From: Candidatus Microgenomates bacterium
Lineage (GTDB): Bacteria; Patescibacteriota; JACPGU01
Assembly: GCA_016188915.1 (NCBI GenBank)
Contig: JACPGU010000002.1
Span: 241,211 to 305,210 of the forward strand
DNA: 64,000 nt
Direction of reading: 5' to 3'
The notes below the pieces were generated by a model. It worked only from the letters and a program-made list of their open reading frames with translations, was not told where the DNA came from and ran no database searches. The first letter of the stretch is position 1; every line of letters starts with the position of its first letter. A program made the position numbers and the translations under genes. Of this stretch, positions 9,352-18,800 are shown piece by piece.

Positions 9352-9918
9352 ATGAAAAAGCAGAAAAAAGAACAATCAGAAAAAGAAATCATTCCAGAGA
9401 AGGTCGCGGAATTTTTTATGGCGACAAAAAAAAGTCAAGAAAAAAATCTAGCTTTTAGTTGGGGCAAAGATGATAGTTTTGAGCAGAGTATTAAAATATA
9501 TCTAGATGGCAAAGAGTCAAAGGTTTGCCTTACTGGTATTTTCGCAGGCTCTGATTTGATGAAAAAAAAGCTGCATTTAGAAATTGTAGCCGCCTCTCCC
9601 AAAACGCAGGCAGAAATTTTGCTCAAAGGCGTTTTGGAAGACCAGGCAGAATTAAATATCGCTGTGAGATTATCTATTCTCAAAAAATCAATTGACGCGA
9701 AAGTCGATTTACAGGCAAAATTTTTGCTTTTGTCTGAATCGGCGCGTGTTCTCATTACTCCTTCTTTAGAAATAGCAGAAAGTAATATTTTGGCCGCTTC
9801 GCATGCTGTAGCCATCGGCTCTTTGGATATGGATATGATTTTTTACATGGCTTCTCGAGGGATAAGCATAGAAAAAGCCAAAGAATTATTGAAAAAAAGT
9901 TTTCTATCGGTAGGATAA
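9352..9918 (+). CDS. sufD: SufD-like protein, short form (C-terminal SufD domain only)
   Basis: The C-terminal region FLLLSESARVLITPSLEIAESNILAASHAVAIGSLDMDMIFYMASRGIS matches the SufD C-terminus. The protein is only 188 aa. Confidence 0.6.
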   Translation: MKKQKKEQSEKEIIPEKVAEFFMATKKSQEKNLAFSWGKDDSFEQSIKIYLDGKESKVCLTGIFAGSDLMKKKLHLEIVAASPKTQAEILLKGVLEDQAELNIAVRLSILKKSIDAKVDLQAKFLLLSESARVLITPSLEIAESNILAASHAVAIGSLDMDMIFYMASRGISIEKAKELLKKSFLSVG

Positions 9919-9923
9919 TTATT

Positions 9924-10226
9924 ATGTGGAGACCAATTTTTGATACTAGCCAGATAAAACCAGGCCAAATCAAATCTGTTACGATAGATGGCAGAGCGAT
10001 AGCTATTTATAATGTTGAGGGGGAAATTTACGCCACAGGTGATACCTGCAGTCATGAACAAGTGTCTTTATCTGAAGGATATTTGGACGGATGCGTAGTA
10101 GAATGTGACGCTCACGGAGCCAAATTTGATATTCGGACAGGCGAGGTCAAATCTTTACCGGCAACTGTCGGCATCAAAACTTATCCTGTTAAAATAGAAA
10201 ACGGAGTGATACATATAAATTACTAA
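9924..10226 (+). CDS. Rieske [2Fe-2S] ferredoxin-like protein embedded in the suf operon
   Basis: The motifs CSHEQ...CDAHG (CXH...CXXH) are present in a 100-aa protein. Confidence 0.8.
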   Translation: MWRPIFDTSQIKPGQIKSVTIDGRAIAIYNVEGEIYATGDTCSHEQVSLSEGYLDGCVVECDAHGAKFDIRTGEVKSLPATVGIKTYPVKIENGVIHINY

Positions 10227-10236
10227 TATCTAAATT

Positions 10237-11454
10237 TTGTTAAAATCAATCAGAAAACAATTTCCCATATTGGATTCCAAAAACACTCGCGGTCAAAAAT
10301 TGGCCTATCTTGATAATGCTTCAACCACACAAAAGCCGAAAGTAGTGCTACGCGCTATTTCCGATTTTTATCAAAATTTTTGCGCCAATACACATCGTGG
10401 GGTTTACCAGCTGGCGGAAAATGCCACGCAGATTTTTGAAACTAGTCGCGAGATCGTGCAAAAATTCATCAATGCTCGCTATAGAGAAGAAATCATTTTT
10501 ACCAGCGGAACAACAGAATCTATCAATCTTTTGGCGCAAGCCTGGGGAGAAGAAAATATTAATCAAAATGATGAGATTATTCTCACGGAGATGGAACACC
10601 ATAGCAATCTAGTCCCTTGGCAGATTTTAGCGCAAAAAAAAGGCGCTCGTTTGCTTTTTATTCCCATCACTGCCGATGGGCAGCTGGACATGGCAGTTTA
10701 TGAAAAAATGCTGTCTTCAAAAACGAAATTGGTAGCACTTACCCATCTCTCCAATGTTTTGGGAACGATTAATGATATCAACTTTATCGTAAAAAAAGCA
10801 AAGAAATTCGGCGCGACCACTTTTGTTGACGCGGCGCAAAGCGTAGCCCATCTTGCACTTGACGTGCAAAAAATAAATTGTGATTTTTTGGCTTTTTCCG
10901 CGCATAAAATGTATGGACCTTTTGGACTGGGGGTACTTTATGGAAAAAGGGAGATTTTAGAAAAAATGTCACCCTACCAATATGGCGGTGAAATGATCAG
11001 AGAGGTCAATAAAGAAAAATCGTCCTGGAATAATCTGCCATACAAATTTGAAGCGGGAACACAAAATATCGCGGGAGCGGTGGGATTAGCGATGGCGATT
11101 GGCTTCCTCCGCAGGATAGGTTTTGCCAAAATCTCAAAACATGAGAGAAGTCTCTCCCATTATGCTATGAAAAAATTGAGTAAAAATAAAAATATCACAA
11201 TCTATGGGCCCTCTACTCGCGGAGCGGTAATTGCTTTTACTCACGATTTTATCCACCCGCATGATTTGTCGGCGATTTTAGATGCCAAACAAAATGTAGC
11301 TACTCGTTCTGGCCATCATTGCGCTATGCCCTTAGCCAAAAAAATAGGGGTAGAAGCCACCTGTCGTGTCAGTTTTGGTATTTATAATACCAAAGAAGAA
11401 ATAGATCGTTTGATGAAAGGGATTTTGTCGGCTGAAAAAATATTTAACAAATGA
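10237..11454 (+). CDS. sufS: cysteine desulfurase SufS (class V aminotransferase)
   Basis: The PLP-lysine region (FLAFSAHKMYGPFGLGVLYGK) and the C-terminal active-site Cys region (HHCAMPL) are present. Confidence 0.9.
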   Translation: MLKSIRKQFPILDSKNTRGQKLAYLDNASTTQKPKVVLRAISDFYQNFCANTHRGVYQLAENATQIFETSREIVQKFINARYREEIIFTSGTTESINLLAQAWGEENINQNDEIILTEMEHHSNLVPWQILAQKKGARLLFIPITADGQLDMAVYEKMLSSKTKLVALTHLSNVLGTINDINFIVKKAKKFGATTFVDAAQSVAHLALDVQKINCDFLAFSAHKMYGPFGLGVLYGKREILEKMSPYQYGGEMIREVNKEKSSWNNLPYKFEAGTQNIAGAVGLAMAIGFLRRIGFAKISKHERSLSHYAMKKLSKNKNITIYGPSTRGAVIAFTHDFIHPHDLSAILDAKQNVATRSGHHCAMPLAKKIGVEATCRVSFGIYNTKEEIDRLMKGILSAEKIFNK

Positions 11455-11460
11455 TTTTTT

Positions 11461-11823
11461 ATGGATATCTATCAGCAAAATATTTTGGACCATTATAAAA
11501 ATCCTCGCTATTTCGGAGAGATTGATGATGCTGACCATACTAAATGTTTGGAAAATCCCAGTTGCGGAGACAAAATCTGTATTGCTACAAGCTGTAAATT
11601 TTTCCGGTTTTCCGGCTCTGGTTGCGCTATATCGATGGCAACAGCTGATATTTTGCTGGAGTATGTGATAAAAAATAAATTAACTTTTCGGCAGATTTTG
11701 CGATTAAAAAAAGAAAATATTTTGGATTTGATAAAGATAGATTTACAGCCAGTGCGTCTCAAATGCGCTCTATTGCCCTTGGAGGTTTTGCAAAAAATGT
11801 TGGCCGAAATAGAGAAAAAATAA
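11461..11823 (+). CDS. sufU: SufU/IscU-like sulfur acceptor (NifU N-terminal domain family)
   Basis: The N-terminus MDIYQQNILDHYKNPRYFGEIDDADH matches the family. Three conserved Cys residues are present (NPSCGD, GSGCAIS, KCALLP). Confidence 0.8.
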   Translation: MDIYQQNILDHYKNPRYFGEIDDADHTKCLENPSCGDKICIATSCKFFRFSGSGCAISMATADILLEYVIKNKLTFRQILRLKKENILDLIKIDLQPVRLKCALLPLEVLQKMLAEIEKK

Positions 11824-11920
11824 TTTATCCACATTTTGGCGATTTACGCTAATTGACAGATGGTCTATAATATTAGTGATTAAAACAGCCCTTATTGGCT
11901 GTGTATAACTTTGTCAAAGA

Positions 11921-12637
11921 ATGAATTTTTTTGAAAAACATTTGCGCAAATTGGAAGTAGAAACAACCACCTTGGTCTTGGTAGCTACTTTAGTTTTAGG
12001 TGGGGTAGGAACTTCTCTTTACACTAACGCGGCGGCTACCCCCACTTTTAATCAGACCATTAACGCGGGGACTTTATCTACTGATATTCGAGATGCCAGC
12101 CGGGTAACTGTCGGCAGTCCGGCAGTAGCCATGGGCGCCAAAACTTTTAGCTTTGATTGTCTATCAGGCGGTTCAGCTGCTACTGGTACCTTGGGTTCAG
12201 CATCAGAAAGAATCTATGTGGACAATCCAGATGCCGCAGATAACGGTTGGACTTTGGCTATCGCGGCCACCGGTGGAGCTACTTCTACTTGGTCAGACGG
12301 CGGTTCCAACACTTATGATTTCAATGATTCTTCTGGTTCTGGTTGTACTGATGGAGCTGACGCTGACAGTAAGGGAGGACAGATGACTATTAACCCATCC
12401 GTAGGTTCAACCACGACCGATTATTCTGGCTCTGACACTACCGGTATTACTTTGGGCAACTCAACGGCTTTTGTTCAGGGCACTACGGATAGTGTCACCT
12501 TGGTGACAGCAGCTAATACTTCAGCAGATATTTGGCGGGGTTATTTCACGGGAGTAACTGTTTCCCAAACTATCCCAGCTGAACAAACGGCGGCCGCCTA
12601 TACTTTACAGTTTACCATCACAGTCTCTGCTTCGTAA
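11921..12637 (+). CDS. small secreted cell-surface protein with a WxL-like C-terminal domain
   Basis: The protein has an N-terminal signal anchor and a Thr/Ser/Gly-rich composition. Residues ~60-238 (VGSPAVAMGAKTFSF...GWTLAIAATGG...YTLQFTITVSAS) are homologous to the last ~190 aa of the 2446-aa protein at 15893..23233. Confidence 0.6.
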   Translation: MNFFEKHLRKLEVETTTLVLVATLVLGGVGTSLYTNAAATPTFNQTINAGTLSTDIRDASRVTVGSPAVAMGAKTFSFDCLSGGSAATGTLGSASERIYVDNPDAADNGWTLAIAATGGATSTWSDGGSNTYDFNDSSGSGCTDGADADSKGGQMTINPSVGSTTTDYSGSDTTGITLGNSTAFVQGTTDSVTLVTAANTSADIWRGYFTGVTVSQTIPAEQTAAAYTLQFTITVSAS

Positions 12638-12655
12638 TTTCTAACATTTTAAAAA

Positions 12656-13849
12656 ATGGCCAAAACAAAGAAAAAAAATATTAAATTAAAATACTTTGTC
12701 AGCCTCGTTTTCGCGGTCGTGATTTTGCTGTCAGGCTCTCCATCTTGGGCCATAGAATACGGTGGTATTGGTGGCCGGCCAGCCTATCCGCAGCCAGGCA
12801 ACGCTAGAAGCGAATCTATTTTTATCCATACAGCCGAGCCAGGCCAAATAGTCTCCGAAGGAGTAAAAGTTATCAATAATAGTGAGACTACCAGGACGAT
12901 TTCAGTCTACTCTACTGATTCGGTGGTTTCTTCTGGAGGTGCTTTTGCTTGCGCTCAAAAAGTAGATGCCAAAGAAAATGTGGGCGGTTGGATATCTTTG
13001 GAGAAAGAAATGGTCACTTTGCGCTCATTGTCTTCGGAGGTTATTCCTTTTACTATCAATGTTCCGCAAAATGCCGGTGTGGGCGAACAGTCAGGCTGTA
13101 TCGTTATTCAAGAGATGAAAGACTCGTCCGCCGGTCAAAATTTGAATGGTTTGGCGCTTTCTTTTCGCACTGCTATTCGCGTTTCTGTGACGGTACCGGG
13201 AGATATTACCAAAAAATTAGAGATTACGGGATTTTCTAAAACAAAAGGAGAAAAAGGCAAAATAATCTTTCAGCCCAAGGTGAAAAATCTTGGTAATGTC
13301 TCTGTTGATGCCGATGTGGAAGTCCGTCCCAAATATTTTTTTGGAGCAAGCGTCAAAGGAGATGATGGAAAAAAAATTGTTCTAGGTGGGGAATACCCGA
13401 TTTTACGCGGGCAAGAATCGGAATGGAATATGGATATGAAAAGTCCTTTTTGGGGCGGTCTATATCAGGCTATTCTTGCCGTTCGTTATAATGCCGATCC
13501 GAAGGTAGACGAGAACATAACGCAAGATGTCATCTGGACACATCTCTCTGTTTCACCAGTTTGGTTTTTTGTCTGGCCCAGTCTTCCCGCCTTGGCAATG
13601 GAGATAATTATTCTTTTAGCTATCTTGGCCTTGCTTTATTTCGTGATAATCGTGCAAAAAAGAAAATCTTGGATCAAGCACAGTTGGATTGAGCACAAAG
13701 TAAAATCCGGCGACAGCGTGGAGCATCTAGTGGAGCATTATCATGTCGCGTGGAAACTTTTTGTCAAAACCAATCACTTGAGGCCTCCGTACACTTTGAA
13801 GGTGGGCGAGACGGTGAAAGTGCCACCAAAGCCGGAAGGGAAGGCTTAA
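12656..13849 (+). CDS. DUF916/DUF3324-like cell-surface anchor protein with a C-terminal TM hairpin and a LysM-like tail
   Basis: The protein has a signal peptide (MAKTKKKNIKLKYFVSLVFAVVILLSGSPSWA) and a beta-rich ectodomain. A ~35-aa hydrophobic block follows (VWFFVWPSLPALAMEIIILLAILALLYFVII). The tail VKSGDSVEHLVEHYHV...LKVGETVKVP resembles LysM. The architecture matches the anchor protein of WxL loci. Confidence 0.5.
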   Translation: MAKTKKKNIKLKYFVSLVFAVVILLSGSPSWAIEYGGIGGRPAYPQPGNARSESIFIHTAEPGQIVSEGVKVINNSETTRTISVYSTDSVVSSGGAFACAQKVDAKENVGGWISLEKEMVTLRSLSSEVIPFTINVPQNAGVGEQSGCIVIQEMKDSSAGQNLNGLALSFRTAIRVSVTVPGDITKKLEITGFSKTKGEKGKIIFQPKVKNLGNVSVDADVEVRPKYFFGASVKGDDGKKIVLGGEYPILRGQESEWNMDMKSPFWGGLYQAILAVRYNADPKVDENITQDVIWTHLSVSPVWFFVWPSLPALAMEIIILLAILALLYFVIIVQKRKSWIKHSWIEHKVKSGDSVEHLVEHYHVAWKLFVKTNHLRPPYTLKVGETVKVPPKPEGKA

Positions 13850-14189
13850 GAAAATGAAGCTCTATGGGCTTTAAGCCCATAGTATCTCTTGTTTCCCTTC
13901 GGGACAAGAGATACGAGCCGTGTGGCTATTCAGCCACATTGATACGGCTCTAATCTGCGTAACATCCTCCGTCCTCCGATTCGGAGAACTCCGGGCTTGG
14001 CTTCATCCATCCCGCCAAGGCGGGATGGATTTCGCCTAAGATGTTATAAAAAATTAAGAAATTAAGAAAATAATCATTACCTACATCTTCTCGCCCGCTC
14101 TGTTAGCGGGCGAGATTTTTGATAGAAAAAACCCGCCACTTGTAAGTAGCGGGCGAAGTGAGCAAGCAAGGTAGAGTTCCCCTACCTTT
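13850..14189. other. GC-rich intergenic block with at least 8 consecutive stem-loops (possible structured RNA, or REP-like palindromes plus terminators)
   Basis: Hairpins include CTATGGGCtttaGCCCATAG, ATCTCTTGT..ACAAGAGAT and the nested GAGCCGTGTGGCTattcAGCCACattgatACGGCTC. Others are ATCCATCCCGCCaagGCGGGATGGAT, TCGCCCGCTctgttAGCGGGCGA and GGTAGagttcccCTACC followed by a T-run. GC content is much higher than in the flanks. Confidence 0.45.
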
Positions 14190-15716
14190 TTATTTCAGTA
14201 TGAGTTCTGATGGTGGGCGAAATTTGTAGCAGACTCTAAGCGCGTCGTGGATAGGGTGTCCCAGAAAGTTCGCGAAGAAGTCCTGCTCTGGTTCCTCGTC
14301 CTTTTTGTCAAAGAGTTCCAGCGCGCGGTCGACGACGGCAAAGAAGCTGGCCCACCATTTGCGAGTGCCGAGGCGCGCCGTCATAGAGCATCCGTCCACC
14401 ATGGCGTCAATGCCTCTTTTTTCCATGTAGGAGAGGAGCGAGTCGAAGAGTTCAATCCAGCTCTCGTTGGCGATCTCGGTCCAGACATGGCCGTGTTCGG
14501 ACAATACATCGGTTAAAGCCATCAGAATAGCGATGAGCGCTCCGGCCGAAATGGTGTTGATGCTGTTATCTTCCTTTTTGGCGATAGATTCTCTTGCCTT
14601 GGGGCCGACCACCCTCCACATATTGGTCTTGGCGATTGGAGGAAGATCTTTACCGCCCAAGCGTTGGTTGGCCATGATGACGCTTCTGATCTCGTTGCCT
14701 GATGCCACCTCGTCATAAATCTCAGCGATGAGCGCCTTGGCTCCCGGATAGACGAAATTGTAGATGCGCCGAAACTGTTCTCCGCCGGTAAGAAAGTCCT
14801 CCTGAATGTACTCAAAAAGCGCCTTGACTCCGAATCGGGAACAGTACTGGCGGATGACGCGAGCCACCTGATCCACGGAATCGATGAAGGATTCTTGCTG
14901 GCCCATCTTATGGCGAATGAAATATTGGTAGAGAGCTTCCACCAGTCCGAAGGGAGCGGCCAGCAAGCCCGATCTTTCACCAGTCAGGTCGCTGATACAC
15001 TCCTTTTCCAGAGTGGTTTGGAACATGAAGGGCGCGCCAATCAATGTTCCCCAAGCGAGCGTCACATCGGTGGCTTCCTCAATGGAGGCGCCCCCATTTT
15101 GTTCCACGGTGATGGAGCAATTGATGCCCGATCCTTGCTGGAAAAGTCGTCTCACAGTGTCGCCCATGCCCTTGGGGCAACAGCCGATGATGTTGATGTG
15201 CTTGGGTATCCTGATTCCCTCGTCTTTGAGGTATTTGATCAGAAACCCATGCGAGAAGCCCAGGAAAGCGCCTTTTTTCATCAAGGAGAAGATCTTCCGG
15301 TAGTGCATCACTTGCGCGTTGTCGTTGATGAGGAGTAATACCAGGTCAGATTTCTTGACGACGGCAAACATTTCTCCGAGGGTGCCATTTTCTTCGGTGA
15401 AGCCGGCCTCTCTTGCCTCGGAGGCGGACTGACTGCCCTCCCGTAGGCCGACGACGACTTTGATACCCGAGCCCTTCAGGCAGCCCCATAAATTTTGAGC
15501 TTGAGCCGGCGCTTGCGAGCCCCAGCCGATGACGCCGATTTGCTTGATGCCGGCTTCTTTGAGCGCCCTGATGGCTGTCGCTCTTTGTCTTTCCCCTCCT
15601 TTGACGATCTGTTCGGTTGTGCCTCCGATTTTGATCTCCTCCGTCCGGAAAAATGCCGAAAGAATCTCATTGCCTTTTTGCAGATCGGGATTTCTCGTTT
15701 CTGTTACTGTGGTCAT
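14190..15716 (-). CDS. ilvC: ketol-acid reductoisomerase-like protein (long class-II-length IlvC homologue)
   Basis: The motifs IGVIGWGSQAPAQAQNL, GFSHGF and PKGMGDTVRR align with the KARI Rossmann domain (GYGSQGHAHAQNL, AFAHGF, PKAPGHTVR). The protein is 508 aa. The gene has ~55-60% GC against a ~40% background. Confidence 0.75.
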   Translation of the reverse strand: MTTVTETRNPDLQKGNEILSAFFRTEEIKIGGTTEQIVKGGERQRATAIRALKEAGIKQIGVIGWGSQAPAQAQNLWGCLKGSGIKVVVGLREGSQSASEAREAGFTEENGTLGEMFAVVKKSDLVLLLINDNAQVMHYRKIFSLMKKGAFLGFSHGFLIKYLKDEGIRIPKHINIIGCCPKGMGDTVRRLFQQGSGINCSITVEQNGGASIEEATDVTLAWGTLIGAPFMFQTTLEKECISDLTGERSGLLAAPFGLVEALYQYFIRHKMGQQESFIDSVDQVARVIRQYCSRFGVKALFEYIQEDFLTGGEQFRRIYNFVYPGAKALIAEIYDEVASGNEIRSVIMANQRLGGKDLPPIAKTNMWRVVGPKARESIAKKEDNSINTISAGALIAILMALTDVLSEHGHVWTEIANESWIELFDSLLSYMEKRGIDAMVDGCSMTARLGTRKWWASFFAVVDRALELFDKKDEEPEQDFFANFLGHPIHDALRVCYKFRPPSELILK

Positions 15717-15892
15717 CTCGTCACCTCGCGTAGTTAGATTTTTAACGCTAAATATAGCTTATTTTATTATACCAAAAAAAATAAAAACAGCAATATTTAT
15801 CTTGTAATAGCCGAAATTAGACATGTTAGATTGGGGAAAAGTGAGGGTTTTCTCCTCTTCTAAACCTTATTTTTATCTTGTAAAATAAAGGT

Positions 15893-18800
15893 ATGGTGAA
15901 AAAACATTCACCAAAGGGCAAAAAAGCGCGGATCGGCGACGCTTTGTTCACTTTGAGAAAAAGAGGCAAAAGCCCCTGGTTTTTTGCTGTTTTTTTAATT
16001 GTTTTATTTTTAATAGGACAATTAACGAGCAAAGCCTATGCAGCCAATTTTTATCCCAATCTTTGTTTTGGTACTGCCGATAGCAAAAAAGCGGTCGGGC
16101 AGATTAAAAATAGCGCGTCTGATCAGACCCCTTCAGAATTTGCAGTAACAATAGACGAAGAGAACGTGACATTGGATTGCGCGCAATTTCGTGATGAGGG
16201 AAAATCCAGCAGAGTGCGCAAGGTGCAGGAAGCAACGCTAAAGATTTTTTGGAGTACGAATACAGATAGTATTGGCGAAGGGGCAAAAGCGAGTTTTTGG
16301 CAAACAAAGAAAGCTTTGGCGGCCGATGAAGAGACTACGACAGAAATTGTTAGCGAGAAAATAACAGAAGAGATAATTGCTCCGGAACAAATAGAAAACG
16401 TAATTTCTGGCCAGACAATAGGAACAACAGAGCCGATAGAAGATACAGTTTCCGATCAAGACGCGCAAATAAATAAGGCAACTATCGCTATTTCTTATAC
16501 TTTGGATAATGCCATTTGGCAAGATTTGGCAAATGTTGGGATAAATAATCTTGCGACAGAATTTCCTCTAAATCTCAAAGATTCAAGCGATATCGCCAAT
16601 TTCCATTTGCGTGTCACTTCAATCGGAGATTTTGGTCAAAATTTGGTTTTGTTAGACGGTTTTGCCATTAGCGCTGTATTCCAAAACGATTTTAGCGATG
16701 AAGAAATAGAGGCTTTACCTAGGGTAGATATTGGCGAAGAACTTTTTGTCGCGCCCAAAAAAGATTTCCGGGCAGATGAAGCAGTGGAATTTGAAATCAA
16801 AGGCTTTCAAGATGCGGGCACTTCGCAAAACCCAACTGCTTCTCTATCTGAAGCCCGAAGTATTAGTATTGCAAATCTTAAATCTCCCGCCCACCTTGTT
16901 GCGCAAGGTGTTGTGGGCAGGCAAATCTCAAATCTTCAATATATTTTCCCAGCTCATGCTGAAGAAATCACGGCTGGCGCAGTGCAGGTTTTGACCGCTG
17001 AAGTTTATGATCCTATTGGCAACACTGGAACGATAACACCTTTGGTGCAAGAAATAGGAGGAACGACCAAGATCATTGTCAACAAGCCCACTCGTGGATT
17101 CCGTCCCGGCAGGTATCGCTTGCATCTGGAAGTTTTGGATTTGGCTTCCAGCCAAATTCTTATTTCCGATCAAAATTTTACTTGGGGAGTTTTGGCTATC
17201 AACCTTAACAAATCGGTATATTTGCCCTTTGAAAGTGCTTATTTGCAAATGGGAGTGCTAGACGATCAAGGTTCTACCATCTGCAATGCTAATTTAAAAT
17301 TGGAAATAACAGATCCTTTGGGTGGGTTTACGATTTTGACGACCGCTTCTGGGTCGATTTCTTTAAGTGATCAATGTGATAAAAATAATGTGACGGACAC
17401 ACCCGATTATTTCGCTTATTATACAACCGGGGATCTCGGTGTCTATCAAATGACGCTGACCAATCTTACCAATCTTTATTCCGTTACAGACACTTTTGAG
17501 GTCAGAAACTATGCGCCGATGACGATAGAAAGAATCTCGGCCACGCGCATCAATCCCTTTAAGGCCAATTATCGAATGATTTTTGAATTGCGTGCCAACG
17601 AGGCTTTCTCCGGTGCTTTTTCTGAAACTCTGCCGGATAATTTTGAAGTAATTGATCCGACTATTAATAATGATACGGCTTACGATTTACTAATAACTTC
17701 CGGCGACAAAAAAATTATTTCTTGGAATCTCAGTCTCAATCGCAACCAGAGAAAAACCATTACCTATACTTACGATTCACCTGATGTTTCTCCTCAGCTT
17801 TACTTGGCAGGACCAGCTTCGGCGGGTACGATTTTTACCGAAACCAGAAATTGGCAGATCGCATCCGACGCTGCTTGCTCTTCTAACGGTACGGGCAATT
17901 GGAGTAATGGCGCCACATGGTCAGGATGTACGGGAACGGGAGGCGTGCCGGCGGCAGATGATACTATCACCATAACTGACGGTCATGCGGTAACATTGGA
18001 CACCACGGCCACCGTCGCGGGGCTTACTCTCTGCGACTCGGCGTGCAATGCCGATACTTCTTTGACCCATAGCGGGAGCAATGCCCTGACAGTCAATGGC
18101 ACGGTGACCATCAATGGTGGCGCCGGCGCCGGCGACAACACGCTCTGGACTATCAACGGTGGTTCGGCCACCGTTTCGGGAGCAATATCGTATAATCCGC
18201 AGTCTACGACTGGTGGTCGCGATGCCAAAATAGCACTATCCACCGGTACGCTCAACGCCAACGGAGGAATCGTCTTTGAGAATACCGCCGGCTCGGAAGA
18301 CAACCAAATGCTGGCGATGACCAGCACCGCGACTGTCAATCTCAAAGGGAGTATCAGCAATCAAACTCTTGCCGATATTCAGCCGGGGACGACGAGTACC
18401 TTTGTCTATATTGATAGCGCGGCGGCGCAGACGGTTGTCTTTGACGCGACCAGTTCCACCTACGCCAAGCTGACTTTCAGCAACACGCACGCTAGTGGCG
18501 TAACGCTTGGCGCGGCGCTTACCGCTACCAATACAACGGGGGACGTCAATGTCCTGCACGGAATATTTGTAACGGGCGGTTACAATATGACTGGTACCGG
18601 TTCCAATACGCTAACTATGAGCAACGGCTCGCAATTTGATCAGACGGGTGCTACTCTCATCAGCAGTTTCGCCGGTCTTTCCACTAGCGCGACGAGCACC
18701 TACCGACTTTTGACCACCAACGCCACTTTTTCCATGGCGACTTTGATCTATGGCAATGTGGTTGTTTCGCCGCAGGCCAACAATGTGGCGGTGACGCCCA

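Noticed and set aside
9435-9815. 126-aa minus-strand ORF antisense to sufD
   Set aside because: It overlaps a conserved operon gene, has no family similarity, and would disrupt operon continuity.
13850-14189. RNase P RNA or tmRNA in the hairpin-rich block
   Set aside because: There is only a loose resemblance (GGAGAACTCCGGGCTT to the P4 3' strand ACAGAACCCGGCTTA). No matching 5' P4 strand lies at the right distance. No tmRNA tRNA-like ends (GGGGCTGA... / ...TCCACCA) were found.
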